Virus record (IMG/VR): IMGVR_UViG_3300021387_002242
Coordinates: 2,864-66,863 of that record
Direction: 5' to 3' (one strand)
Length of the DNA stretch: 64,000 nt
Source: a virus
Shown: one piece after another, positions 26,839 to 36,311 of the stretch
How the letters are laid out: every line of letters starts with the position of its first letter
Numbering within the stretch: position 1 is the first letter of the stretch
Position numbers and translations under genes: made by a program
Notes under the pieces: generated by a model
The model's database searches: none
What the model saw: only the letters and a program-made list of their open reading frames with translations
What the model was told of the DNA's origin: nothing

Positions 26839-27130
26839 CCCACAAATATGCGGCGCGATAGTTGACGGCATGACAAAGCGAGTATACCAGCTCAATGAGG
26901 ATGAGTTAGCGACTGTAAAAGCTGAGCTGGCGAAACTTCGTCGGAAAGATGCAATACGCACGTGGGGCGACGAGATACGCTTTCAAGCGGCCCGCGCGGC
27001 TCTTGCGATAAAATACTCGACTGAGGTGCCAGGGCGGCTGTATGAGGCTATTCTGGGGGCGTGGGGGCTTTTGTGGCTCGGCATATTCACAGCATATGCG
27101 AAACTGGCGGCGTGGAACCGCGAGGCTTGA
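26804..27130 (+). CDS. hypothetical protein
   Basis: ORF overlapping the upstream stop. Confidence 0.35.
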   Translation: MTRALIIKQYGDPQICGAIVDGMTKRVYQLNEDELATVKAELAKLRRKDAIRTWGDEIRFQAARAALAIKYSTEVPGRLYEAILGAWGLLWLGIFTAYAKLAAWNREA

Positions 27131-27133
27131 GCG

Positions 27134-27661
27134 ATGGCAAGAAAAGAGCCGTATACAGCAGCTAGGCAGAAACGCAATCAGCGCAGCTACATGAAAAAAG
27201 TGGCAGAGCATAGATGCGTGACGTGCGGCAAACCGGATGAACGCACATTGAGTGGGCGAGTTTACTGCCAGGAGTGCTACGACAGGCACAAGGCAGGAGC
27301 CAGCCCGAGAAAGCCCAGGACGCCGGCGCAAAGCGAATCAGAAAAACAGGATAAGCGGGAGTGGGAAGCGCGGTGCAAATCGCTTCAAATGTGCGTCAGA
27401 TGTGGCGAAAAAGACAAGTATACGGTAAATGGGCACAGGCTGTGTAAACGGTGCTCTGAGAGAAAGAACCAGAATCAACGCGAACACTACGATCATGAGA
27501 AAATGAGTAGCTATTACAAGGCCAGACGAGACGCATGGCGGCAGCAAGGGTTGTGTACTTACTGCGGCGGCGAAAAAGAGGAACCAAACAAGATGCTCTG
27601 CATTGATTGTCGAGTAAAGGCGAGGATGCAGAGACGAAAGAGGGAGGCAGAAAAACAGTGA
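27134..27661 (+). CDS. triple Zn-ribbon repeat protein (possible regulator)
   Basis: Three CxxC-N15-CxxC repeats. Confidence 0.45.
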   Translation: MARKEPYTAARQKRNQRSYMKKVAEHRCVTCGKPDERTLSGRVYCQECYDRHKAGASPRKPRTPAQSESEKQDKREWEARCKSLQMCVRCGEKDKYTVNGHRLCKRCSERKNQNQREHYDHEKMSSYYKARRDAWRQQGLCTYCGGEKEEPNKMLCIDCRVKARMQRRKREAEKQ

Positions 27662-28185
27662 AGGTAACTTGCATTTACTGGCCGGAGGACCGGGAAAGGA
27701 TGCTGTTCAAGAGATGTGTGTGGGCTACAATGAACCGCGTTTCGGAGCCAAAGGAACTCCCGATGCCCCAGCTCATACGCGATCTGATAAATGCCAGGCA
27801 CAGCCCGATCAGGGTGCTTAACTTCGCGTTTTTGATCGAGGATATACCGTCCAACATCGCAACTCACCTGACCCGTCATGTACACGCGGTGCCGTTCGTT
27901 TCCAGTCTTCGGAATGATCGGCAGAACAAGATAGATGGAGATAATGCACCGCGGAACACTCCGGTAAACATGGTTCTATTCTGCAACTGTGAAGAACTGC
28001 TGACGATAGCGAACAAGCGGCTCTGTTCACAGGCCAGCGCGAAAACTCGCCACGTGGTGAAAATGATGTGCGACGCGGCGACGGAGAAAATGCCTGAGCT
28101 GGAAGGGTACTGTGTCCCGATGTGCGAGTACATGGGGGGAATCTGTCGAGAGATGAACTGCTGCGGCCGGCATCCGAAACGATAA
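27658..28185 (+). CDS. divergent ThyX-like (flavin-dependent thymidylate synthase fold) protein with a Cys-rich C-terminus
   Basis: SPIRVLNFAFLIEDIPSNIATHLTRHVHA...SSLRNDRQ parallels the ThyX core SP.EH..FTF.IeG.SR....QL.RHR.....S.RY, but RHR has become RHV; GTG start overlapping the upstream stop. Confidence 0.35.
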   Translation: MKVTCIYWPEDRERMLFKRCVWATMNRVSEPKELPMPQLIRDLINARHSPIRVLNFAFLIEDIPSNIATHLTRHVHAVPFVSSLRNDRQNKIDGDNAPRNTPVNMVLFCNCEELLTIANKRLCSQASAKTRHVVKMMCDAATEKMPELEGYCVPMCEYMGGICREMNCCGRHPKR

Positions 28186-28203
28186 AAGGATAGGAGCGTG
28201 ATT

Positions 28204-28494
28204 ATGGGCATTTTTCATATAAGCGAGCATGTCAAGGACAACTGCTGGAACTTGCTGGATTCATACGGCGAGATCTGCGTCCACTGCGGCTGCTGCTCGA
28301 AAGACAAAGAAACCAGGTACAAAGGTCGCATTGAGTGTCTGGAAGCGTGGATAGAAGAAAAAGAACATTTCCGGTATTGGAGCGATGATCCTGAAACTCG
28401 GAAGATTCAGGAACGGAACTGTGCAGAAACGCTTCGGCACTTCAAGCGCCAGCTCCGGTATTACAGGAAGAAGCTGCAGGAGGTCACGACATGA
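28204..28494 (+). CDS. hypothetical Cys-rich protein
   Basis: RBS aaaggataggagcg. Confidence 0.35.
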   Translation: MGIFHISEHVKDNCWNLLDSYGEICVHCGCCSKDKETRYKGRIECLEAWIEEKEHFRYWSDDPETRKIQERNCAETLRHFKRQLRYYRKKLQEVTT

Positions 28495-28964
28495 GCAAGG
28501 TGAAATTCAAGCGCAATACTCAATCGAGCCGTGAACTTCGCAGGATAGCCGAGAGGGAGCAGAACCGTCAGCAGCGGCAACAGGCTGTGGATGCGTTTTG
28601 GAAACTCACACCGGAGGAACGACAGCGTAGAATCGCAGATCAGGAAGCATTCAAGCGCATACAGAAAAACGGTATCACGCTTGAGGATTTGAAGAACGCT
28701 GAAACCCAGGGCCAGCAGGACGGGTACATGGCTGGAAAGACGGAAACGTTGAAACTCTGCTATGCGGCTATATGCCTTGCGCTGAACGAGTTGCACGGGT
28801 TCGGGATGAAGCGCTGCAAGGAAGTCCTCAACGCGGTGGATGAAAAGGTTGTGTACGCTCTGAACAGCGAAGAAGAAATCCAAGCGGTCATGGACAAGAT
28901 CGGGCTTGAGATTTCGTTCAAAGATGCTTTTCCAGGTGAGCGAGTGAGTGAGAAAGGGGCGTAA
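28491..28964 (+). CDS. hypothetical protein
   Basis: ATGA overlap with the upstream gene. Confidence 0.4.
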   Translation: MSKVKFKRNTQSSRELRRIAEREQNRQQRQQAVDAFWKLTPEERQRRIADQEAFKRIQKNGITLEDLKNAETQGQQDGYMAGKTETLKLCYAAICLALNELHGFGMKRCKEVLNAVDEKVVYALNSEEEIQAVMDKIGLEISFKDAFPGERVSEKGA

Positions 28965-28966
28965 AC

Positions 28967-29242
28967 GTGGGCGAATGGATAAGCGTCGAGGACAGAATGC
29001 CAGATGAGCATAAAACGATATTCGCACCACTAAAAGGGACAGACAATTGGAAGCCTGGAATGTTCGAATCGATGTCTGACGATGTCAGATGCGTATATGA
29101 GTTTGAGGATGGTAAGCGGATGGTACATCACAGCTTTACCGTCGATGGCAAATGGGATGCGGAGAGAAAGAGCTACCTCAAACGTCGTGTGACACATTGG
29201 ATGGAAAACCCGCAGCTGCCAGAACTGTCGAAGGAGGGATAG
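28967..29242 (+). CDS. hypothetical protein
   Basis: GTG start 3 nt after the upstream stop. Confidence 0.35.
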   Translation: MGEWISVEDRMPDEHKTIFAPLKGTDNWKPGMFESMSDDVRCVYEFEDGKRMVHHSFTVDGKWDAERKSYLKRRVTHWMENPQLPELSKEG

Positions 29243-29243
29243 T

Positions 29244-29447
29244 GTGACGCAAAGGGTTTGCGAGAAGTGCGGCGCTGTAATTAAGGAACCGACTCGCAAG
29301 AATATCATGTGCCTTGAACAGCACTATACACGGTTCCGGCTTTTCAAAAAGAACGACGAATACATGATGGAGCAGAGCGTTGATCTTTGCAACCGATGCC
29401 GTGAATTGTTTGATGAATGGCTGGAAGAACCTCTGAAGGAGGGATAA
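29244..29447 (+). CDS. Zn-ribbon small protein
   Basis: CEKCG...CNRC. Confidence 0.35.
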   Translation: MTQRVCEKCGAVIKEPTRKNIMCLEQHYTRFRLFKKNDEYMMEQSVDLCNRCRELFDEWLEEPLKEG

Positions 29448-29449
29448 CT

Positions 29450-30139
29450 ATGAAACCGATATACGAGCCGCGAGGTAAGGCGAAAGAGTACGGCGACTAT
29501 GCGCTGAATATCTACACAGGTTGCCCGCATAGATGCTTTTACTGCTTCGCGCCGTCTGTGCTACGCCGAGACAGGGAAGCCTTTCACTCCAACGTCCAGC
29601 CGCGAGAAGGTATCGTGGAGGCAACGCGCCGGCAGTTGGAAAAGGAGCAGATCACCGGGAAGCTGATACATTTGTGCTTCACCTGTGACCCATATCCTGA
29701 CGGCTACGACACTACAACCACCCGCGAGATCATAAAGGCGCTGAAGGAATACGGGAATCACGTGCAGATTCTCACCAAAGGCGATGGTACTCGTGACTTT
29801 GATCTGCTCGACGGCAATGATTGGTATGGCATTACGCTGGACTGTGGCACCCGCAAGGTTACGCCGGTTGAGAACTATGGCCTTTCTCATTTGACATGGG
29901 CGCATGACAAAGGCATTAAAACTTGGATTTCGTTTGAACCAGTTCTTAATGCTGAACGCTGTCTGTTAACGCTTAAATATGCAAAAACGTGGGCCGATAA
30001 GGTCAAGATCGGCAAGCTGAACTATCATCCATCGGACATCGACTGGAAGAAGTTCGGCCATGACGCAGAGGCGCTGTGTCAGCAGCTTGGCCTGAACTAT
30101 TACATCAAGGACAGCCTGCGGGTAGAAATGGAGAAATGA
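29450..30139 (+). CDS. radical SAM protein, SplB-like (COG1533 'DNA repair photolyase'-like)
   Basis: NIYTGCPHRCFYCFA CxxxCxxC cluster in the YTGC context typical of the SplB-like radical SAM subgroup. Confidence 0.6.
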   Translation: MKPIYEPRGKAKEYGDYALNIYTGCPHRCFYCFAPSVLRRDREAFHSNVQPREGIVEATRRQLEKEQITGKLIHLCFTCDPYPDGYDTTTTREIIKALKEYGNHVQILTKGDGTRDFDLLDGNDWYGITLDCGTRKVTPVENYGLSHLTWAHDKGIKTWISFEPVLNAERCLLTLKYAKTWADKVKIGKLNYHPSDIDWKKFGHDAEALCQQLGLNYYIKDSLRVEMEK

Positions 30140-30140
30140 C

Positions 30141-30785
30141 GTGGTGGAAAGAGAAAGACCGATACTGTTCAACACCGAGATGGTGCGGGCGATACTGGAC
30201 GGCAGGAAGACGCAGACGCGGCGGTTGGTGAAGAATATCCCGCTGCAAGAGCCGTATTTCGAGGACGTGGACGGAACGCCGTATGCCTGCGACGGGGATG
30301 GTGAATGGCATCTGGCGGTGGAGTTCAGCCCGATTCAGAAAGGCGACGTGCTGTATGTGCGGGAAACTTTCTGTGGGTATTATCTGCCGTCGCCAGAAAA
30401 CTGGCCGGAAGGTCATATGCACTATGAATATAGGGCATCCAATCCGAACGGGAATAAGCGACCGACAGGGCCGGAATACGATGATGCTTGGGAAACACGT
30501 CCATGGCGGCCTTCTATCCACATGCCGAAAGAGGCGGCTCGGCTGTTCCTGCGGGTGACCGGGGTGCGGTGCGAGCGGTTGCAGAGCATAACAAAAGATG
30601 AAATCAATGCAGAAGGGCTGGATGTGCTCGGTAAAACCTTGAATACATCCTTCAGGATGTGGAAAGAACTCTGGGACAGTACCGTGAGGAAGGACGCTAT
30701 GAAGCGTTGGGGATGGGAAGCTAACCCATTGGTGTGGGTGATCGAATTTGAAAGGATTGATAAGGTGAATGAGAGTAAGGCTTGA
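30141..30785 (+). CDS. ASCH/PUA-like domain protein
   Basis: PILFNTEMVRAILDGRKTQTRR is the canonical ASCH N-terminus. Confidence 0.4.
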   Translation: MVERERPILFNTEMVRAILDGRKTQTRRLVKNIPLQEPYFEDVDGTPYACDGDGEWHLAVEFSPIQKGDVLYVRETFCGYYLPSPENWPEGHMHYEYRASNPNGNKRPTGPEYDDAWETRPWRPSIHMPKEAARLFLRVTGVRCERLQSITKDEINAEGLDVLGKTLNTSFRMWKELWDSTVRKDAMKRWGWEANPLVWVIEFERIDKVNESKA

Positions 30786-31203
30786 CAAGGTGATCGAGAA
30801 CAGCGCTGAGAGGCCCGTAAAGGCACCTGTAAGGGCGCATGCACACGATGCAGGGTTAGACCTACATGCGATGCATGGGGGCGTTGTCAAGGCCCAGCAA
30901 AGCGCTACGTTCCACACGGGAGTTCATGTAGAACTCCCACCAGGAACGACTGGGGTATTGCTACCCAAAAGCGGATTGATGACCAAACACGACATCATCA
31001 CGTTTGGGGTAGTAGACGAAGGGTATAGGGGAGAGATTCTGGTTCACATGTTCAACTTCGGACGAACGGACTACAACGTGAACGCAGGTGACAAGATCAG
31101 TCAGATGTTGATTCTGCCTGTGCTTTACGAGCCGGTAGAGGTCGTGGATGAACTGAGCGAGGGTGAACGGGGAGTGCTTGGGTTTGGGAGCACTGGTAAA
31201 TGA
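30769..31203 (+). CDS. dut: dUTP diphosphatase
   Basis: AGLDL, GVVDEGYRGEI and LGFGSTG motifs of trimeric dUTPase. Confidence 0.8.
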   Translation: MRVRLDKVIENSAERPVKAPVRAHAHDAGLDLHAMHGGVVKAQQSATFHTGVHVELPPGTTGVLLPKSGLMTKHDIITFGVVDEGYRGEILVHMFNFGRTDYNVNAGDKISQMLILPVLYEPVEVVDELSEGERGVLGFGSTGK

Positions 31204-31230
31204 TGAACAAATTGATAGGAGGAAAAGAAA

Positions 31231-31548
31231 ATGGCTGGATTTACTGATGTGGTGAAGATCATCAACCGTATGCCTGAGGAACTCGCGGAGGAGATGCGCG
31301 GAAAGCTTTGTACAGAGCCTGAGAGTGTGGAGAAGGAAGTGCTCAGTTGGGCGAAGGAAAACCCGGAGCCGCGCTATCCAACTTGGGCAGAATGGCTCTG
31401 CGAGGTCGGCGTAAGCCGCGTCAGCAGCTACCAGGACGGCAAGGTGATCTACAGCCGGACCAGGAAGTTCTACGAGGAAATGGACGCTGAGACAGCAAAG
31501 CTGCTCGGTGTTGAACCGAAAGCCCAGCACAAGCCCGAGGTGAAATGA
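31231..31548 (+). CDS. hypothetical protein
   Basis: RBS aggaggaaaagaaaATG. Confidence 0.35.
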   Translation: MAGFTDVVKIINRMPEELAEEMRGKLCTEPESVEKEVLSWAKENPEPRYPTWAEWLCEVGVSRVSSYQDGKVIYSRTRKFYEEMDAETAKLLGVEPKAQHKPEVK

Positions 31549-31573
31549 CATGACAAGGAGGAGGAAAAGAAAA

Positions 31574-32461
31574 ATGGACGTTATCAAGGTTGTTGCGCTG
31601 GTTCTGGCGATAATCTTTGTCGGAGCGCTGTTCGTGGATGTCTGTACGCCGGCATTCGGATGGTTTGCAAAGGTCGACTCTGGCTATGTTGGAATCGTTA
31701 CCAGATTCGGGAAGATTGAGGATAAGGTGCTTCCTGCTGGTTTCTACATTACAAGTTGGTTTGAGCACGTGCATCCGATCAACGTGAGGACACAAATCAA
31801 GAGTGGAGAAGTCGTAGCGTTCTCGTCGGATATCCAGCAGGTGACGTTGTACGTCTCTGTTAATTACAACGTGACACCAGACGCGGCGAACACACTGTAT
31901 AGGACAGTCGGAAATGGCTACTTCGGGACGCTCGTATCGCCCAGGGTGAATGAGAACGTGAAAGCGGTAGTAAGCAACTACACAGCGGAGAGCTTGATAG
32001 CGAACAGAGAAAAGCTGAGTGGTGAAATCCTGACGCTGCTCCAGGGTGATATCGCTCAATACGGCATAACAGTCACAACGATTAGTGTGGAAAACATAGA
32101 CTTCACTGACGCATTCGAGACGGCTGTCGAGGCTAAACAAGTCGCAACGCAGGAGGCCCAGAGAGCGAAGACTCTGCAGGAACAGCAGACAATGGAAGCC
32201 AAGCAGGACGCAGAGCGAAAGAAACTGGCCGCCGAAGCCAATGCTGATGTAATAAGGACACAGGCAGACGCGGCAGCTTACGAGACAAAAGTCAAGGCAG
32301 AGGCCCAAGCGGAGGCAAACCGGCTTGTTGCTGAGACGATCACGGATAATCTGATCGACTATATGCAAGCTGAGACTTGGAATGGTCAACTCCCGAACAT
32401 TTACGCGAGCGACGGTGCGCTGCCGATCATAGCGACACCTACTGAGGAAAAACAGGAATAA
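31574..32461 (+). CDS. SPFH/band-7 (prohibitin/stomatin-like) membrane protein
   Basis: N-terminal TM segment then GIVTRFGKIEDKVLPAGFYIT... SPFH core with a long A/E/Q-rich coiled-coil; RBS aggaggaggaaaag. Confidence 0.65.
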   Translation: MDVIKVVALVLAIIFVGALFVDVCTPAFGWFAKVDSGYVGIVTRFGKIEDKVLPAGFYITSWFEHVHPINVRTQIKSGEVVAFSSDIQQVTLYVSVNYNVTPDAANTLYRTVGNGYFGTLVSPRVNENVKAVVSNYTAESLIANREKLSGEILTLLQGDIAQYGITVTTISVENIDFTDAFETAVEAKQVATQEAQRAKTLQEQQTMEAKQDAERKKLAAEANADVIRTQADAAAYETKVKAEAQAEANRLVAETITDNLIDYMQAETWNGQLPNIYASDGALPIIATPTEEKQE

Positions 32462-32535
32462 TTCAGATGCCCGCCCGTGGGCCTTGTACGCGGGCACCAC
32501 AATAATGAGCAGATGGAAAGGAAAGGTGAGACCAT

Positions 32536-32865
32536 ATGAGCGAAATCGGAAACGGGCTTATTCAAATGAACGTGCATCTCGTGATGCAGGAGTACGCAGA
32601 AGCAATGGTTGTTATCGGCATATTCATGGCGATAGTGGCAGCATGCTTCTTGATTATTTATGCTGGCAACAGAAATAGAATTGCAGCTTTTTGTGCGTTC
32701 GGAATTTTGGTTGCAGTAATACTGGTGATAGTTGGAAATAGACAACCGAGGATAAAAGAGGTTAGGGCATGCGTCAATGAGCCGATCTCGCTGGAAAGAG
32801 TTGTCGCGGTTTATGACATAGTCAAGGTTGATGGAAAGGAGCTTGTGCTCCGGGAAAGGAGATAA
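32536..32865 (+). CDS. membrane protein (two TM segments)
   Basis: Hydrophobic segments. Confidence 0.35.
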   Translation: MSEIGNGLIQMNVHLVMQEYAEAMVVIGIFMAIVAACFLIIYAGNRNRIAAFCAFGILVAVILVIVGNRQPRIKEVRACVNEPISLERVVAVYDIVKVDGKELVLRERR

Positions 32866-32867
32866 CA

Positions 32868-33170
32868 ATGATTGACGTTGATAAGGTTATCAAGGGGCTG
32901 GAGTGTATTATATCGTCTGGAAATGCTGGAATGAGAGACGATTGTGCAAACTGTATTTATACTGGTAGTGGAGATTGCCTTGCTCCAGCATTGCGTGATG
33001 CCCTCGCGCTGCTGAAAGCGCAGGAGCCGGTGAAGCCGATACGGTATCAGGAAGGTCGTTGGTTTAAGACGTGGCGTTGCGGCGCGTGTGGAGGCACGCT
33101 TGTATTCCGTAACGGCGAAGATAAGCCAAAATATTGCATAGATTGCGGAAAGGCGGTGAAGTGGGAATGA
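32868..33170 (+). CDS. Cys-rich paralog B1 (KVIKGLEC...ALALLKAQEP plus a C-terminal Zn-ribbon)
   Basis: Paralog of the 7785-8776 triplet. Confidence 0.45.
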   Translation: MIDVDKVIKGLECIISSGNAGMRDDCANCIYTGSGDCLAPALRDALALLKAQEPVKPIRYQEGRWFKTWRCGACGGTLVFRNGEDKPKYCIDCGKAVKWE

Positions 33171-33544
33171 CGATCAAAGAAGCAATTATGACATTAAACG
33201 CAAATGCTGTAATCGCCTGTGAGCGAGCAGGATTTAGTTCGGCGACTGTAAAGATGATTGAGGACGCATTGGACACAATCGAGGATGCGCTTCACGCGCA
33301 GGAGCCGAGGGTGATGACGTTGGAATACTTTGACAACAGTCTAGACAAAGACAGCAAAGGATGTTTGGTAGCATGGGTTGAATATCGGCGGGACGAGGAA
33401 TGGGCCGAGTATTGGGAAGGTACATGCGACGAGTGGTCTGTTATTCGGCGTGATGATTTTTATTCGGGAGAATCGTATCGTTTCTGGACATCCCGTCCGA
33501 CTGACGCGCAGAGGGAGGCGGTACCGTGGAATGCACAAAACTGA
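33167..33544 (+). CDS. paralog B2 sharing the C-module (AQEPRVMTLE...RFWTSRPTDAQRE) with 7785-8204
   Basis: C-terminal module shared with 7785-8204. Confidence 0.4.
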   Translation: MTIKEAIMTLNANAVIACERAGFSSATVKMIEDALDTIEDALHAQEPRVMTLEYFDNSLDKDSKGCLVAWVEYRRDEEWAEYWEGTCDEWSVIRRDDFYSGESYRFWTSRPTDAQREAVPWNAQN

Positions 33545-33921
33545 ACTGCCCTATGCAAGTAGGAACTGTTACCGAAAATTGCGGTGATAGCTGCCCGTGG
33601 AGGACTACGGTGAAACTGTATGACCTGATTTCGAGGGCGGCGGCTTTAGACGCGATTTCTACCGAAGGTGGTTGTGGAATGTGTGCAAGTAGAGTGTTAG
33701 ACATTCCTGCCGTGGACGCTGCGCCTGTGGTGCATGGGAATTGGAAAATCATGTCGCATGGTTTTCCACCTGAACCTTGTACTGTGTGTAGCCATTGCGG
33801 GTTAGACATTGATTATGAAATCTGCAAAAGGATTAAGGCGGATAGCTTTAGCTATACGAGTATGAAGCCAAACTACTGCCCGAACTGCGGCGCGAAGATG
33901 GACGGTGAAGCGGATGGATAA
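33526..33921 (+). CDS. Cys-rich Zn-ribbon protein
   Basis: Multiple CxxC pairs. Confidence 0.35.
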   Translation: MECTKLNCPMQVGTVTENCGDSCPWRTTVKLYDLISRAAALDAISTEGGCGMCASRVLDIPAVDAAPVVHGNWKIMSHGFPPEPCTVCSHCGLDIDYEICKRIKADSFSYTSMKPNYCPNCGAKMDGEADG

Positions 33922-34153
33922 ACTGCAATTCGTATACACAAGCGATTGCGTTCCGGTGGTACGGTGCAAGGATTGTAAATGGCGTCCACACTTTGACCCA
34001 CCAACAAGCAGAGAAGCATGTGATCTTGTTTTTCCGAAGATAGATGACATATATGACGGACCGTGCCCGTGCATGGTTGGCGATAATTATTATTCATGGA
34101 TGCCGGATGATAATTGGTTTTGTGCGAATGGCGAACGGAGGGAGAGCGAATGA
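33905..34153 (+). CDS. hypothetical Cys-rich protein
   Basis: 82-aa ORF. Confidence 0.3.
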   Translation: MKRMDKLQFVYTSDCVPVVRCKDCKWRPHFDPPTSREACDLVFPKIDDIYDGPCPCMVGDNYYSWMPDDNWFCANGERRESE

Positions 34154-34464
34154 CAACGGTAAAAATCGGTGATGCTATCGGTCTTGTCAATAAAGTCCTG
34201 TTCAACATGAAAGATAACAGGGAAAACTATTGGAAACTGAGTGAGGGCAAGGTCAAGTCAATCACGATCAACAGCCGTGGACGGCGCGTCAAAGCAGACC
34301 ATTTCTACACGATGGATGCTGAGGAGATAGAATTTAACACAGAGTGGATGCTTGGAAATGAGCGATTGATACTGATACGCGAACCGTTTATATTGACTGA
34401 CAGTATTCGGAAGCGTGTAGCGGGCTGGATTGAGCGCGAGAATGGAGGGGAGGCTGAATCATGA
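34150..34464 (+). CDS. hypothetical protein
   Basis: ATGA overlap. Confidence 0.35.
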   Translation: MTTVKIGDAIGLVNKVLFNMKDNRENYWKLSEGKVKSITINSRGRRVKADHFYTMDAEEIEFNTEWMLGNERLILIREPFILTDSIRKRVAGWIERENGGEAES

Positions 34465-34679
34465 CACCACAGGAAAAACTTGTGATTGACTACATCCAGC
34501 AGCGCGGGAGCATTACGTCCCGCGAGGCGAGTAACGACCTGGGCATAGATCGCCTTGCCTCGCGCATCAGCGACCTGCGCAAGGGCGGTGTGAACATCGT
34601 CAAGGAATGGGAGTACGGCACGAACCGAAGGGGCGAGAAGTGCCATTGGGCGCGGTACAGGATGGGGGTGAGCGAATGA
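34461..34679 (+). CDS. winged-helix DNA-binding protein
   Basis: LVIDYIQQRGSITSREASNDLGIDRLASRISDLRKGG. Confidence 0.45.
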   Translation: MTPQEKLVIDYIQQRGSITSREASNDLGIDRLASRISDLRKGGVNIVKEWEYGTNRRGEKCHWARYRMGVSE

Positions 34680-34852
34680 TCGCGGTTGAAATGGATATGC
34701 CAGGACGGTGTTTGGAGTGCCCATTGAACAAAAATATGGTTTGCGCTGTAAACGGCAACACAACGTTCGATGACATAATGCGTCCGCGCTGGTGTCCTTT
34801 GCATGAGATCGACATTGAGCGAAACGGTACAGTGCATATTAGCAGAGATTGA
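34676..34852 (+). CDS. Cys-rich small protein
   Basis: ATGA overlap. Confidence 0.3.
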   Translation: MIAVEMDMPGRCLECPLNKNMVCAVNGNTTFDDIMRPRWCPLHEIDIERNGTVHISRD

Positions 34853-34866
34853 TTGGAGGTAAGAAC

Positions 34867-35061
34867 ATGAACACCCGCACACGGCAGAAGATCAAGGCAG
34901 AACTGCGCCGGGAGAACCCGGATGTGATGGCAACAATCCGCGATGAAGGGCCTTGGAGGCAAATTCTATTTGTGCCGCGAAACGAGATTCGGGCGTACAA
35001 GCAGCGATACGGCGACAACATCATATTCTGGGACGAAAAGGAGGAAAGACAATGGAAATGA
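34867..35061 (+). CDS. hypothetical small basic protein
   Basis: RBS ggaggtaagaacATG. Confidence 0.3.
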   Translation: MNTRTRQKIKAELRRENPDVMATIRDEGPWRQILFVPRNEIRAYKQRYGDNIIFWDEKEERQWK

Positions 35062-35699
35062 GGACTTATGACAAGATCGAAACCCTGTATGCTCGCGATA
35101 TTGACGGGACCAAACAACTGATTCCCGGGAAATATCGCAATCCTACGGTCGAATTTCTGAAAGATAACCGGTGGCAATGGACTGAAAAAGTGGACGGCAC
35201 CAACATCCGTGTATTCTGGGACGGGCACAGCGTGACATTCGGAGGCAGGACTGACCGCGCACAGATACCCGCGCACCTGGTTAACCGACTAAATGAGCTA
35301 TTCGGTGGAGAGCAGAACGCGCAGGTATTCGAGCAGATGTTCGGAGAGCTGGAAGTCATTCTCTACGGCGAGGGGTACGGCGTAAAAATCCAGAATGGCG
35401 GCGGGTACATCTCCGATGGTGTCGATTTTGTTCTGTTCGATTTGTACATCAACGGGAACTACCAGAGCAGGGAAAACGTGGAAGGTTGCGCAAAAGCGCT
35501 TGGAGTAAAAGTTGTGCCTATCGTTGGAGAGGGAACACTTGAGGAAGCGGTGGAGTTCGTCAAGAGCCATCCCAAAAGCGTGATCGCCCAGGGCGATATC
35601 GACATGGAAGGTGTTGTGTGCCGGCCGGCTGTTGAGATGTGCGACAGGTGTGGAAACCGGATAATCGTCAAGATTAAGTGGCGGGATTTCAAGAATTGA
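35052..35699 (+). CDS. ATP-dependent RNA/DNA ligase-like nucleotidyltransferase (RNA_ligase family)
   Basis: Motif I EKVDGTNIRV, motif III VLFDLY, motif IV MEGVVCRP and motif V IVKIKW are in the correct order and spacing; RBS aaggaggaaagacaATG. Confidence 0.6.
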   Translation: MEMRTYDKIETLYARDIDGTKQLIPGKYRNPTVEFLKDNRWQWTEKVDGTNIRVFWDGHSVTFGGRTDRAQIPAHLVNRLNELFGGEQNAQVFEQMFGELEVILYGEGYGVKIQNGGGYISDGVDFVLFDLYINGNYQSRENVEGCAKALGVKVVPIVGEGTLEEAVEFVKSHPKSVIAQGDIDMEGVVCRPAVEMCDRCGNRIIVKIKWRDFKN

Positions 35700-35738
35700 T
35701 ATTGAAGTGACGATAGAAAGCTGGGAAAGGGACGAGCA

Positions 35739-36278
35739 ATGGCTGAACTTCGCATATCCGAGATTAACGCCCTCAAATCGGACATCATACGGGATTTTGA
35801 GGCCGTCAAACAACGGCATAAGCCGGGTGTGTTCTCAAAATGGCCGGGAATCCTGGACGGGCTTTTGCGTGACGTTTTAGGTGAAGTCGATTGCTACACC
35901 GAAGCCTACAGCCCGGTCCGGCAGGAACCGCCAAAGCCGCCGCCGTGCGCCCATAAATGGCGCGATTGCGAGTATTGGTACATGGAATTTAAGGCCGATG
36001 ATTCCGTGTTCGACTACAAGATTTTCGAGCCGTATATCTGCATTTACTGCAAAAAGCGCGAGGATAAGGTGCTGCAAAAGGGGACTGAGATCATTACCAA
36101 ATCCCGTTCGGCGAATGACATCATCCGGGAGTTTTACGACAAGTTCCCGGCTCTGCGGCCCCGCGCTATGGTGGAGGACGCTGTAAATGACATGATCATG
36201 GTGGATCGGGAACATTTGCGGATGGTGGACATACTGCACGGCAACGCGCCGATAGACAGCAAGATCGTGCTGAAATGA
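35739..36278 (+). CDS. hypothetical protein
   Basis: 179-aa ORF. Confidence 0.4.
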   Translation: MAELRISEINALKSDIIRDFEAVKQRHKPGVFSKWPGILDGLLRDVLGEVDCYTEAYSPVRQEPPKPPPCAHKWRDCEYWYMEFKADDSVFDYKIFEPYICIYCKKREDKVLQKGTEIITKSRSANDIIREFYDKFPALRPRAMVEDAVNDMIMVDREHLRMVDILHGNAPIDSKIVLK

Positions 36279-36311
36279 TTTTGCGTGACGATGAACTAGG
36301 AGGTAGCAACC

